Below, piece by piece: positions 1 through 9,961 of a DNA stretch of 64,000 nucleotides. Source of the stretch: an uncultured virus (IMG/VR IMGVR_UViG_3300046411_001024). Taxonomy: Duplodnaviria > Heunggongvirae > Uroviricota > Caudoviricetes. The stretch lies in the IMG/VR virus record IMGVR_UViG_3300046411_001024. One strand, written 5' to 3'. Made by a program: the position numbers and the translations under genes. Under the pieces are notes generated by a model. That model saw nothing but the letters and a program-made list of their open reading frames with translations. It made no database searches and was not told the DNA's origin. Within the stretch, counting starts at the first letter, position 1, and every line of letters starts with the position of its first letter.

Positions 1-1
1 C

Positions 2-2509
2 GTTGTAGGTTTCTTCTCGAGTATAGCCATCAAATCTTATATCAACTGCTTGTCCTAGATAATGCAAGTTCTTGTTGCTACTGTCCTCGATGTCATCTCT
101 ATTCCTATACCCAGCCAGTATCTGCATGTTGGGATACAGTGTATAGGTGGGCTCACACACTGCTTCTGCCAATGCCTTCAGATTCTTCACTATCTGTTGC
201 TTGCTGATACGACCTCGCCTTAGCACTCGCACTCCACCCTTGGTGAAAGCTGATAGCTGGAAGCGAGACGACAGTTGGAGCTCAGTGGGGAACTCCTGCA
301 TGTTGTCGATAATCTTGTCGGTGTATATGTACTTGCTGGCAGTAGGGTTGACAGTTGGCGTTGCAGTAGCTGACACCTCGCCTAAGTCTAGATTTTCTTC
401 TCGGTATATACCTCTATTGATTAATATAGTTCGATAGGCTGTACCATCGCCTTCGTCCAGAGACTCGAAGTTATTGGTATATCTGGCAGAACGACTGTTT
501 ACCTCGAGCTCTGGCAATGCAGGGATCTCTGGAGTGAGTAGTTCTATTGGTGTCTCTGGTAAAGGAGGTGTCTCAGGTAGGGTTTTTGGTAGTTGTTCTG
601 ATGCAATATTCTTCGGATCGTTAAATCGAACTTGTGCACCATCAATATGTGTGTTCCCACTACTGTACGAAGACCTCTGTCCAGTGATTTGCTCCACCAG
701 ACCAGCTCCAAAGTAGTAATCCGCAGTCCCAGTTAGGTAGTAGCCAGTGGTTCCATCGACACAGCGACTGAAGTTTCCTCCAAAGTGCTCGCTATACGAC
801 CCTCTGCGAATGTGTATGCCTGAGCCATTTACATTAAAGGTCTCGTTGCCATTGATTTCGATATCGCTGTTGCCAGCCACTCGCTCAAACTTGTCTCCCA
901 CCACATCGAGATTGTAATTGCCTTTTACTATGGTACTATAATTTCCCGCAATAGTCAAGTTTACATTATTGTTGACTATCACATTACATTCGCCTTCGAT
1001 ATTGACAGTGGAACCAGCCTTGACATACAGGTTAGCATCCCCTCCTATATACTGCGTCTCGTTTCCAGACACTATACTGTATAGATTCCTAGATGACTGC
1101 ATATAGCGATCGCCAACCACATGGTCGACGAGTGTCCCATTATGGTCGTATTCAAGAAAGGATCCTGGAGCAGAGAACAACGAAAGTCGCTCAGCTTCTG
1201 GAGTATCGTCGAGTTCTATGCTGTGACCTGTCTCTGATTGTAGCACCTTGTTGTAAGGATACTCAGCATTATATGGCACATCAGTCGTGTCCCAAGTCTC
1301 TCTGCTTGAATTTGTTTCATCAGATGAAGACAACAACGCAGACACTGCTTTTTGAACCCCCACAAATCGCGACGCTTCCTTCACATACACGGAGGTCTTA
1401 TCCAGTTCTTCAGCTCTTACCAGCCGACTCAAGTCACTCTCATTAGTATATTTGGGATAACTGTATTTTTGCGTAGCCAGTCCGAAACCCTTATACTGCA
1501 AAAGGTTTCCAGCTTTGCCTGTAAACACACTGCCGTCGATATTCGCATCACCTACACTTAGTGCGGTGTCACTCAGCTTATTGATACCGAGATTAGTTGG
1601 TATGCCTTTTGAAAGAAAACTGGTCGCTTCCGATGCTCGTCGAGTGTTCAAAATACCAGTTAAATCTCCCGATTTTTTACTATAATTTGCCAATAAATTG
1701 GCTGCAGATTCGAATTTACCACTGTTTAATTGTGCTATGGGAGAAGCTGTTCGTAGTTGTTCAGGAGTGAGATTATGTGCGAATGAAGCCAATGCGTCAT
1801 ACATACTGCTTGTGACTGGCTTACGAATATTCTTTGCGAGTAATCCTTTGAGTTCGCTGGGTGCGTTGATATGTCTTTCGAGCTCAGATGCAGCTTCAGT
1901 TGCAGATACTGCTCCTGGATAAGTTAATGTGACTGGACTGCCTTTCCATGTCTGTTGTCCATGACCGATAGTAAACTTGCCATCTGAGTCTTTATATGGA
2001 GCTGAACTGAATGGATAATTCTTCTTAACCTCTTCGAGTCCCTCTGTTGAGACCTTATGTGCCGTGACTGGACGAGCTTCTTCGAGTGTGGTTTCGCTAT
2101 TGCTAGAACCTTCGGGTGCCGAGCTCTCTACGAGTTCCCCATCTTCGCCCTCCGTGATATTGTTGAGGAAGTCGAGTGCTTTACTGTTCTTTTTATATGA
2201 GAGACCCTCTTTTTCGACTGGATCTTGCGGTACTCCAGGAACACTCCCGAGTACAATCGGCATTTGCTCATCTGGATCCGTGAAACAAACTGCTACAATA
2301 CTTCCGATAACCAGTCCAGGATTATAGCCGACCCCAGAGATACCAGCACTGGAAGTAGGCTGGATAACGATCGCCCACGGCAAATCTTCAGTAGGCAGTA
2401 TAGCAATATCGGTATTATGTACTCCGTGGACTCTTACTTTGACTCGACCCAGCTTGAGAGGATCGTTTCTATTCTCTACAACACCTGTATAAAGACTCAT
2501 TTTAGCCAT
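2..2509 (-). CDS. gp5: Baseplate hub/spike protein gp5 (3' end runs off the window): OB-fold, lysozyme-like domain, beta-helix, C-terminal peptidase M15-like domain
   Basis: Not in the ORF track because there is no stop inside the window. Hand translation from ATG 2509 gives MAKMSLYTGVVENRNDPLKLGRVKVRVHG, then PYNAEYPYNKV..SETGHSIELDDTP, beta-helix repeats and LHYLGQAVDIRF. Confidence 0.93.
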   Translation of the reverse strand, partial: MAKMSLYTGVVENRNDPLKLGRVKVRVHGVHNTDIAILPTEDLPWAIVIQPTSSAGISGVGYNPGLVIGSIVAVCFTDPDEQMPIVLGSVPGVPQDPVEKEGLSYKKNSKALDFLNNITEGEDGELVESSAPEGSSNSETTLEEARPVTAHKVSTEGLEEVKKNYPFSSAPYKDSDGKFTIGHGQQTWKGSPVTLTYPGAVSATEAASELERHINAPSELKGLLAKNIRKPVTSSMYDALASFAHNLTPEQLRTASPIAQLNSGKFESAANLLANYSKKSGDLTGILNTRRASEATSFLSKGIPTNLGINKLSDTALSVGDANIDGSVFTGKAGNLLQYKGFGLATQKYSYPKYTNESDLSRLVRAEELDKTSVYVKEASRFVGVQKAVSALLSSSDETNSSRETWDTTDVPYNAEYPYNKVLQSETGHSIELDDTPEAERLSLFSAPGSFLEYDHNGTLVDHVVGDRYMQSSRNLYSIVSGNETQYIGGDANLYVKAGSTVNIEGECNVIVNNNVNLTIAGNYSTIVKGNYNLDVVGDKFERVAGNSDIEINGNETFNVNGSGIHIRRGSYSEHFGGNFSRCVDGTTGYYLTGTADYYFGAGLVEQITGQRSSYSSGNTHIDGAQVRFNDPKNIASEQLPKTLPETPPLPETPIELLTPEIPALPELEVNSRSARYTNNFESLDEGDGTAYRTILINRGIYREENLDLGEVSATATPTVNPTASKYIYTDKIIDNMQEFPTELQLSSRFQLSAFTKGGVRVLRRGRISKQQIVKNLKALAEAVCEPTYTLYPNMQILAGYRNRDDIEDSSNKNLHYLGQAVDIRFDGYTREETYN

Positions 2510-2510
2510 T

Positions 2511-3767
2511 TTAAGCACTCTCCCGCAGTTTTGCTAGGTCAACTAGCATACTGTCTTTAAAGATCTCCATCGAGCAGGTATGAGCTTTGGAAGTGATTTC
2601 ATGACCGATACTGCCAATGAGATAATTCCCTGAGAACATGGGGTCAAGCATATCAGTATCCTTATCCGTGGCTTCTTTTCTAAATGTAGATAAATTCACC
2701 ACTCGACCAGCAGTATAGTCCATTCTGCCTGGAACCTCGATATTCAGTACGAAAGCACGAGTATTGGCGATGGCTGATGTTCTTTGTAGGAGTGAACGCT
2801 CTACCGATGTATCACCGAAACCTTTATGCATATTCTCATGAGTGAGTAGTTGAAAGCTGGATGCATTTTCGTTGGCGATAACATCAGGAGTACTCAGTGG
2901 ATATTTGTTTAGATGACTGCGTTCTTTAAACTGAGCCAAACTGCTGTAATTGGATTTGGTATAGGTTTTGGTTGTCATATCATAGTTTCTCAGTTTGTTG
3001 ATAAACACACCCTGTCGAAGTCGTTCAAAGAAATTAAATCCTTCATGCATAAACATCTTACTGATTCTTTTGTAAGACTCATCCGCATCTGACCCATCAG
3101 GTGACTGGTTATCTTCAATAAATTCTTGTATCACTGGTCCATTGTACAGTTCTGATAAGCCAAGGAAGTTATAGCCATCTCTATTTTCAAAGAAGATATA
3201 GTCAGCGTGTCCTTCTTTATTTATTGCTCGTTCCGTGACGAAATCGATGGCTCTTGTCGGTGACCAACCATTACATATAAAGCGAGTACCATTTACAGTC
3301 GGTGTCATGTTCAGTTGCTTCGTACTCTTTAATCCTTGTGCATCTTCAGCTACCAAGTCCTGTATGATATTGCTACAGAAACCTTTTTTGGCAGCATCGA
3401 TACTGTTGTTTCTATCTTTCACAGCATCACTGTTAATGAAGTGAAGCACATACCCAGTCTCAGTATCACCAAGACTTATTCTCTCAGTCAGTTTGAATAT
3501 GTAGAATGTACCTTTGAATTTACTTTTATCCATCTCAGGTGTTTGTATATCTATCTGTATCAGTTCTTGACCGATAAGTGGCATACGATTGATTAGATCT
3601 TGCGAATCAGTAATTGCTACTTTACCTGTGATGAATGGGGAAAAGATATCTTCGAACAGCTCAATACTTAGAACCTGCTCTCTTATATCTATTTTTGAAC
3701 CACCAGCGACTAACTCAATTGCATTAATTGTTACATCACCAGCGAATGCGACTCCTGCCTGTGCCAT
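2511..3767 (-). CDS. Baseplate hub protein (gp27-like)
   Basis: 418 aa between gp53 and gp5; IELFEDIFSPFITG, YIFFENRDGYNF and FSGNYLI..I.H motifs typical of this hub family. Confidence 0.75.
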   Translation of the reverse strand: MAQAGVAFAGDVTINAIELVAGGSKIDIREQVLSIELFEDIFSPFITGKVAITDSQDLINRMPLIGQELIQIDIQTPEMDKSKFKGTFYIFKLTERISLGDTETGYVLHFINSDAVKDRNNSIDAAKKGFCSNIIQDLVAEDAQGLKSTKQLNMTPTVNGTRFICNGWSPTRAIDFVTERAINKEGHADYIFFENRDGYNFLGLSELYNGPVIQEFIEDNQSPDGSDADESYKRISKMFMHEGFNFFERLRQGVFINKLRNYDMTTKTYTKSNYSSLAQFKERSHLNKYPLSTPDVIANENASSFQLLTHENMHKGFGDTSVERSLLQRTSAIANTRAFVLNIEVPGRMDYTAGRVVNLSTFRKEATDKDTDMLDPMFSGNYLIGSIGHEITSKAHTCSMEIFKDSMLVDLAKLRESA

Positions 3768-3770
3768 AAT

Positions 3771-4268
3771 CTATATTTCCATTTTTTTAAACTCACGCAC
3801 TATCTGCATAGCTAGTGTGGGAGTGACGATCTTTATTCTCCTCTTGGCTTCGTTTCTTTCCATCTCATATTCACGATGTGTTTGACCAATCGACCCTGCT
3901 ACTGAAGAATCAACTACCAACCCATCTTTCTTATACCATTTGACAGTATCAGGCGATGCATAGTTAGCAGTTATCATAGCAGTTAGAGCATCATGCTCCA
4001 GTGGGAAGTCATTTACATAGTCATAGCGATTATTGATGAGCATAAGGATCCAGTGTAAATTAGGATCCCCATAAAGTCTCTCAGCTAAGTTTTCGATTGT
4101 TTCATACTGCTTTATGTCATAAAACTCATAAGCAGTTATGTTTTGTAGTATTTGTTTCCTAAGTCTTACATTGGTTGTGATATCAGTAAGTACTTTGAGC
4201 TTCTCGTCATTACCTTCTCGTGTAATGTAGTATATCTCGTTGAATTTTTTAAAATATGTATCAGCCAT
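3771..4268 (-). CDS. gp53: Baseplate wedge protein gp53
   Basis: LAERLYGDPNLHWILMLIN LysM-like motif; EYEMERNEAKRRIKI C-terminus. Confidence 0.92.
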   Translation of the reverse strand: MADTYFKKFNEIYYITREGNDEKLKVLTDITTNVRLRKQILQNITAYEFYDIKQYETIENLAERLYGDPNLHWILMLINNRYDYVNDFPLEHDALTAMITANYASPDTVKWYKKDGLVVDSSVAGSIGQTHREYEMERNEAKRRIKIVTPTLAMQIVREFKKMEI

Positions 4269-5551
4269 TATTGACTCATATCTGGTTCAACACCATCTGC
4301 TGGGGTTTGCTCTTTTGGAGGAGTTTCACCCATCGCCCCAAGATGCCCTTTAGTAAGGATAGATAGTTCTTGAAAGGATAATGTCATGTTAATTTGTGTA
4401 GGAGCTCCATTATCGAACGAAGTAAACTGACCCTGTGGTGTATAGTTTACATTCACTTCTTTTAATACAGCTGATGTATGTTTGTGTATATATGGGTTTA
4501 TAGAGTCACCAATATAGTAGAATATCTCAAACTCTCCTGGATATAGGTATAAGAAACCATCATCATCTTTAAACTCAGGATGCATGTGATATTTAAATGT
4601 GTTTACAATATTTCGTATATTGTTTGACTCTTCGCCAGAGCGAGGGAAGAACTGGTAGTCATACTGAAAGGTACGAAAGTCCATGTTCTTGAATATTTGT
4701 TCTTTTTTCGGGTTAGGAGCAACACCTGCCATGGCTTGTATTGCTTCACTTCCTGGAATATTTTGTAATGCTGCTGCTTGAGCAACACCAGCAGATCCTG
4801 CTGTTAAATCATTTACTAGACCTGCTATAGATTCTGATGCAGGTTTTTTACTTGACAAGTTTTTTACCAAGTCAGTTGCACCTGCAGCAAGTACATCAGC
4901 ACCTTGCATAAATGCTTGAGTCATAAATGTTTCTGCTTCTTCATACTGAGCACCAGAACGAATAGCAAAGTTGTTAGGCATGTGTAAAGCGATAGCATGC
5001 TTCATTCTTTTTAGTGGTTTGGAAAACTTCTTACCGAGTGCTGAAGGATTTAAACTGTCAAAGTTTCCTAATGCTCCTGTTGATACAGCACCTGCTGCTC
5101 CAAGTGAAGCAGCACCTTTTGAAATCCCACCAGCAGCACCTGAAAATAATCCACCAAGTAAAGCACCAGCACCTGCTCCTGTTAGGAAACTACTTCCTAT
5201 GGCAGCAAAATTACTGAAGCCAGCACCATTAATAGCACGACCAACACCTGGATCTACATCCTCAAGTACTCTTGATGTGTCTTGTGCTATCTTAGATTCT
5301 TGCCTTTCATTAATAAAGAACATAACATAATTGCCACCATAATCTGGGACATTTAGTATATCTTCTGGATATGATAAGTGCGTGACTGCATAAGAAGGAC
5401 TCTTATTCGTTTCTTCTACTGCATCATTTAGATCCTCATCAGATACTACTGCTTGACTTGTACGAGTAGTAGTTGTTGATGATGTGGAACTGTGATGTGA
5501 GTGCGTGACCGACCCAGCGTTTTTTAATGATGCACCCCTTGCTGATGACAT
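4268..5551 (-). CDS. gp48: Baseplate tail-tube cap gp48
   Basis: PNPKKEQIFKNMDFRTFQYDYQFFPRS..E, FKYHMHP and MTLSFQEL motifs. Confidence 0.88.
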   Translation of the reverse strand: MSSARGASLKNAGSVTHSHHSSTSSTTTTRTSQAVVSDEDLNDAVEETNKSPSYAVTHLSYPEDILNVPDYGGNYVMFFINERQESKIAQDTSRVLEDVDPGVGRAINGAGFSNFAAIGSSFLTGAGAGALLGGLFSGAAGGISKGAASLGAAGAVSTGALGNFDSLNPSALGKKFSKPLKRMKHAIALHMPNNFAIRSGAQYEEAETFMTQAFMQGADVLAAGATDLVKNLSSKKPASESIAGLVNDLTAGSAGVAQAAALQNIPGSEAIQAMAGVAPNPKKEQIFKNMDFRTFQYDYQFFPRSGEESNNIRNIVNTFKYHMHPEFKDDDGFLYLYPGEFEIFYYIGDSINPYIHKHTSAVLKEVNVNYTPQGQFTSFDNGAPTQINMTLSFQELSILTKGHLGAMGETPPKEQTPADGVEPDMSQ

Positions 5552-5564
5552 GTATATTTGACCC

Positions 5565-5594
5565 CTAAATAGTAGTTGTATAGGATATATTTAG
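5565..5594. promoter_or_regulatory. Divergent overlapping late-promoter-like CTAAATA motifs (for gp4 on +, gp48 on -)
   Basis: CTAAATA at 5565-5571 (+) and 5588-5594 (-) in the divergent gap; resembles T4 late TATAAATA. Confidence 0.65.
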
Positions 5595-5596
5595 TT

Positions 5597-6064
5597 ATGT
5601 TTCACAAAAGAAAATACACCCCATTAAATCCCGAGAAGTACGAAGGAAACCCAACGAACATTATTATGCGTTCTAGTTGGGAAACTCGTTTCGCTTCTTG
5701 GTGCGATAGATCTAATCATGTGTTAAAATGGAGATCTGAAGAAACAGTTGTGCCTTATAGATCGCCAGTAGATAACCGATTGCATCGATACTTTATAGAC
5801 TTTACAATAAAAGTCAAAAATAAACATGACCAGATACACACCTATTTAGTTGAAATAAAACCAAAAGTACAATGCTCACCTCCTAAATTTACTGGAAGAA
5901 GGACAAAAAAGTATTTGGCTGAGTCAAAAGCATATACTGTAAATGCAGCCAAGTGGAAAGCAGCAGAACAATACGCATTAGATCGTGGTCAAAAGTTCAT
6001 TATATTGACTGAAGATGAATTAGGTCTTACATGGAAGACTGGTCTAGATAAAAAGACTAAATAG
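5597..6064 (+). CDS. gp4: Head completion nuclease gp4
   Basis: YRSSWE-like MRSSWE, HRYFIDF, LVEIKP, NAAKWKAA motifs; ATG 5597 preferred over the TTG at 5576. Confidence 0.92.
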   Translation: MFHKRKYTPLNPEKYEGNPTNIIMRSSWETRFASWCDRSNHVLKWRSEETVVPYRSPVDNRLHRYFIDFTIKVKNKHDQIHTYLVEIKPKVQCSPPKFTGRRTKKYLAESKAYTVNAAKWKAAEQYALDRGQKFIILTEDELGLTWKTGLDKKTK

Positions 6065-6084
6065 TAGAATAAAAAGGAGATATT

Positions 6085-6534
6085 ATGCCCCAACCAAAAC
6101 TGGGAGATCCAACTGATTTTTCATACAGAATACATAAAGTCACAAAGATAGTCGATGGTGATACCATTGATGTTATTATTGATATAGGATTTGATATAAT
6201 GTATAAGTCTAGAGTGAGAATGTTTGGTATCGATACACCCGAATCAAGAACAAGAAATAAAGAAGAAAAGATCCGAGGTCTTTTAGCTAAGAAATATTTG
6301 ACTGAAGCATTAAAAAAAGGTAAGAATCTTTCAATCAAAACATACAAGGATTACGAGACTGGTAAGTTCGGTAGAATACTTGGCGATGTATGGATAGATG
6401 GTAAGTCTATCAATGCTCAAATGATTAAAGAGTTTATGGCTGTACCATATCGTGGTCAGTCAAAAGAAGCAATAGAAAAACTACATGAAGCAAACAAACT
6501 TATGCTTCAACGACTAGGAAAGATAAGTGGCTAA
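6085..6534 (+). CDS. Thermonuclease (SNase) family protein
   Basis: IVDGDTID, RMFGIDTPES and GKFGRILG motifs; AAGGAG RBS. Confidence 0.9.
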   Translation: MPQPKLGDPTDFSYRIHKVTKIVDGDTIDVIIDIGFDIMYKSRVRMFGIDTPESRTRNKEEKIRGLLAKKYLTEALKKGKNLSIKTYKDYETGKFGRILGDVWIDGKSINAQMIKEFMAVPYRGQSKEAIEKLHEANKLMLQRLGKISG

Positions 6535-7114
6535 AACACCAACACAAACTTTTTTCGATAAGGCAGCAACTGACCCAGACATTGCTAAGAAAAGCAGAGG
6601 ATGGTTTAATAAAGAAGTTGTAAGGTTGCGTCAACTGCGACCTCAGCCAAAGGCAATAATGAAACAAGCAGGTCGTTCTACACGATTACTTCCTGGCAGG
6701 ATGTATATGTTTCAATATGAAGCCAAAGGTGCTGATACATTACCATACTTTGATAGATTCCCTTTGGTGTTTCCTTTTGAAATACAATCAGAGTATTTCT
6801 TAGGTTTAAACATGCATTATCTACCATACCTATTACGCATTAGATTGTTAGATAGATTGATGACATACGCATCAAACAAAAAGATGGACGATACTACACG
6901 ATTGAAGTTTCAATGGAACACTATACGAGGATCGTCAAGGTTAGCACTCGGCAGACCTGCTGTAAAAAAATATTTAAAGACACAAGTAAAATCACAATTC
7001 TTACAAGTAAACTCAGCCAACTGGAATACTGCTATGATGCTACCAGTTGAAAGATTTTCAGGTGCTACTAGGGATCGTGTTTGGAGAGAAAGTTTAGAAA
7101 TAGCACAAGGATAA
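6527..7114 (+). CDS. gp2: DNA end protector gp2
   Basis: LPYFDRFPLVF and FLGLNMHYLP motifs; GTG start. Confidence 0.9.
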   Translation: MAKTPTQTFFDKAATDPDIAKKSRGWFNKEVVRLRQLRPQPKAIMKQAGRSTRLLPGRMYMFQYEAKGADTLPYFDRFPLVFPFEIQSEYFLGLNMHYLPYLLRIRLLDRLMTYASNKKMDDTTRLKFQWNTIRGSSRLALGRPAVKKYLKTQVKSQFLQVNSANWNTAMMLPVERFSGATRDRVWRESLEIAQG

Positions 7115-7120
7115 TATTAT

Positions 7121-7942
7121 ATGAAACTGCCAGAATACGCAGAGTGGTCTAGAGAAAAATTACACAACTCAAAAATACAGGGAATATTCCGACATGGCGA
7201 ATACCCTATGTTAGATGAAGTCTTTGACCACATACTCCCCCTCTGCCCTGCCTTACTAGAAGAAGTATTACTTCCCTATGAAGGAGACAATATACAACAA
7301 CGATTAAATAAAATGTATGAAGAGGATACTTTACCTGTATTTGAAACTGCTGGGTATAAGGTGGCGAAAGAAGCCAATGTAGGAAATAAACAGTTAGGTA
7401 AGAGAAACCTCGACAGTTGGCATGCTTTTAATTTAATTTGGAATCCAGGAGAAGCTGGTAAAGGTGTAATGGAAAAGCGAATGAAAAAGAATCGTGATAG
7501 ATTACCAGTGTTAAGATCTATTTTAGAAAAATATGAACAATGGATAAATGTAATTACTTACTCAATGATTGCCCCAAACTCAGTTGTACTGCGTCATACT
7601 GGTCATGAAAATAAAGATGGTAAGTATTTAAGATTACACTTTCCCCTCCATATTCCTGAAGGTGATATATTCCTAGAGGTAAATGACGAGGAGATACAAT
7701 TTAGCGAAGCACCTTTCGCATTTAATAATCAAATCGTACATTCAGCACACAACAGAACAGGTAAACATAGATTGGTCATGATACTAGATTTATATAGACC
7801 ATTCCTTGGCATACCCACATCTTATTACATAACTAAACTACAAGACCTCACTGGTTGTACAGATAAATATCTGGTTGACTACGAACGAGATGGGGAAGTA
7901 TTAAATCCAAGTTGGAAGTCAGGAGCAATAGATAATGATTAA
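7121..7942 (+). CDS. Aspartyl/asparaginyl beta-hydroxylase family Fe(II)/2OG oxygenase
   Basis: RHTGHEN..LRLHFPLHIPEGD..FNNQIVHSAHN..RLVMILD. Confidence 0.85.
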   Translation: MKLPEYAEWSREKLHNSKIQGIFRHGEYPMLDEVFDHILPLCPALLEEVLLPYEGDNIQQRLNKMYEEDTLPVFETAGYKVAKEANVGNKQLGKRNLDSWHAFNLIWNPGEAGKGVMEKRMKKNRDRLPVLRSILEKYEQWINVITYSMIAPNSVVLRHTGHENKDGKYLRLHFPLHIPEGDIFLEVNDEEIQFSEAPFAFNNQIVHSAHNRTGKHRLVMILDLYRPFLGIPTSYYITKLQDLTGCTDKYLVDYERDGEVLNPSWKSGAIDND

Positions 7943-8684
7943 TTTGCCATGGTGGTCAGAAATACCAAAACAAAGACTACGAGAAATACAAGAACAAAAG
8001 ATATTTAAACGAGGAGAGTATCCTAAGTTAGATAATATATTTGATGAGTTATCTGCTCAGAAAGATAATCTAATAAATGACCTCGTTGGTCACTTAGATG
8101 AAAAGTGGAGCATGGATAAAAAATTACAATGGGTGTTAGATAATAAAGCTGTGCCTGTAATGAGTAGGGATAGTATGGGTCATGCTTCAGGTAGTAAAGA
8201 TAAGAAACCAGCAAAGCTAGACGCATGGCAAAATGTATATTTAAAATACCAACCACCCTCTACAATATATCGTGATACAGAAGGAGAGAAAGCCAGACCC
8301 CAGTATCCTACAGCAAATAAGATATTAAAGCAGTATGAAGAAGTCGTTCCTATCGCTAATTATAGCATATTAGTAAAGGATTCGGTAATACATAGGCATA
8401 CTGGACCTGAGAATCGTCGTGGACATCACCTGAGAGTACATATACCACTACATATACCCAAGGGAGATATATTCTTAGAGGTAAATGGTTCAGAGGTGGA
8501 TTGGTCTGATTGCTTCGGTTTTAATAATCAATATACTCATTCTGCTCATAATTATTCCTTCGAACACCGACTAATACTCCTGATTGACTTTGATAGGAGA
8601 TATTTAGACATCCCTCCAGGACTTGCTTACGATAAAATGGAGCAAATAACTGGCGATCCCAACATAGAATATAAAAGAATCTAA
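7935..8684 (+). CDS. Aspartyl/asparaginyl beta-hydroxylase family oxygenase (paralog)
   Basis: RHTGPEN..LRVHIPLHIPKGD..FNNQYTHSAHN..RLILLID. Confidence 0.85.
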   Translation: MINLPWWSEIPKQRLREIQEQKIFKRGEYPKLDNIFDELSAQKDNLINDLVGHLDEKWSMDKKLQWVLDNKAVPVMSRDSMGHASGSKDKKPAKLDAWQNVYLKYQPPSTIYRDTEGEKARPQYPTANKILKQYEEVVPIANYSILVKDSVIHRHTGPENRRGHHLRVHIPLHIPKGDIFLEVNGSEVDWSDCFGFNNQYTHSAHNYSFEHRLILLIDFDRRYLDIPPGLAYDKMEQITGDPNIEYKRI

Positions 8685-8696
8685 CTAAATAGTTAT

Positions 8697-9437
8697 ATGG
8701 CTGATAATTTTCAAGAAGCACCAAAGACTACACTCAACGATTTTACCTCTCAAGTTAAGAAAGAGGGATTAGCTGTAGTAAACAGATATGCTGTTGTCCT
8801 TCCTAATTTTGAAGGTCCAGACATGTCACGCATGTTATTAATGTATTGCTCTCAAGCACAACTTCCAGGAATCAATAACTCTACCACTCCAGCAAGAACA
8901 TTTGGTGAATATAGAGAGATGCCTTATGAAAGATTATTTGAAGCAATCAACTTAGAGTTTTATGTAGATCGCCCAATGAAAGTAAAAACATATTGGGATA
9001 ACTGGACATCACAAATTATAGATCCAGTCACAAGAAAGTTTAACTATTATAAAAACTACACAAAAGATATTACTATATTTGTTTTAGATAAAGCAGATAA
9101 ACAAATTTATGGATGTACTTTATATGAAGCATATCCTAAAACATTAAATCCTATACAGCTAACTGCTGAAGGTAAAGATGCAATGAAGATTGGAGTTTCA
9201 CTTTCCTACAGATATTGGAGAGGTGCTCAGTATGCTAAGAGTAAATTGCCAGCAGAAGTTGGCGATCCACCAACAGGTGTTAGACAAGAGCCAAGAATTA
9301 TTGATAGAATTGAAGAGGATATACCTCAAAATGTTGTAACAGATGGCAAAGGCAACCCAGTCACCCATTCAGGTGGCTATGTGACTTATGGTGGTAATAA
9401 TGCCAGAGGTCGAAGAAAATTTGGTAAGAGGAACTAA
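8697..9437 (+). CDS. Tail tube / tube initiator protein (gp19/gp54 family)
   Basis: C..AQLPG, REMPYERLF, LYEAYPK..PIQL, SYRYW motifs; CTAAATA at 8685-8691 just upstream. Confidence 0.85.
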   Translation: MADNFQEAPKTTLNDFTSQVKKEGLAVVNRYAVVLPNFEGPDMSRMLLMYCSQAQLPGINNSTTPARTFGEYREMPYERLFEAINLEFYVDRPMKVKTYWDNWTSQIIDPVTRKFNYYKNYTKDITIFVLDKADKQIYGCTLYEAYPKTLNPIQLTAEGKDAMKIGVSLSYRYWRGAQYAKSKLPAEVGDPPTGVRQEPRIIDRIEEDIPQNVVTDGKGNPVTHSGGYVTYGGNNARGRRKFGKRN

Positions 9438-9961
9438 TGAGTAAAATTGATAAAGGACTAGGCAAGGTATTTGACCTTCCAGCAGGATTTGATGGGACAC
9501 CAGTATATAATCCTGATGCAGCATGCCCAACTGATATACTTCCTGGGCATCAAGATATAATTGCTAAGGCAAATGAATTACCATCTGCTGTAGATGATGC
9601 AGCAAATGTAATGTCGGGATATGACCCGAAAGAAGCAAAGATTGAGAGTGATTATGATACTACTCGTTTAAATCTATTAACGATTTTAAACAAAGGTCAA
9701 GAAGCACTTAATCATGCATTAGAGATAGCTAAACAATCAGAACACCCTCGTGCGTTTGAAGTTGTAGGCAATCTCATGAAACAACAAGCTGACATAAATC
9801 AACAGCTATTAGATTTACATCAGCAAAAACAGAAGTTAGAAGGCAAGAAAGAAGAGAGAGCTCCAGGAGTTCAAAATAATTCTATCTATGTTGGCTCAAC
9901 AACTGAATTGAATAAACTAATTAAGGACATGAAAAATGTCCCGATTGAAGGAGACAAATAA
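9437..9961 (+). CDS. gp16: Terminase small subunit gp16
   Basis: SEHPRAFEVVGNL and NNSIYVGSTTEL motifs. Confidence 0.9.
   Translation: MSKIDKGLGKVFDLPAGFDGTPVYNPDAACPTDILPGHQDIIAKANELPSAVDDAANVMSGYDPKEAKIESDYDTTRLNLLTILNKGQEALNHALEIAKQSEHPRAFEVVGNLMKQQADINQQLLDLHQQKQKLEGKKEERAPGVQNNSIYVGSTTELNKLIKDMKNVPIEGDK

Noticed and set aside
1..2560. Short plus-strand ORFs and an apparent coding gap suggesting a pseudogene or an alternative genetic code
   Set aside because: The region is one uninterrupted minus-strand gp5 frame that has no stop inside the window; the standard code works throughout.
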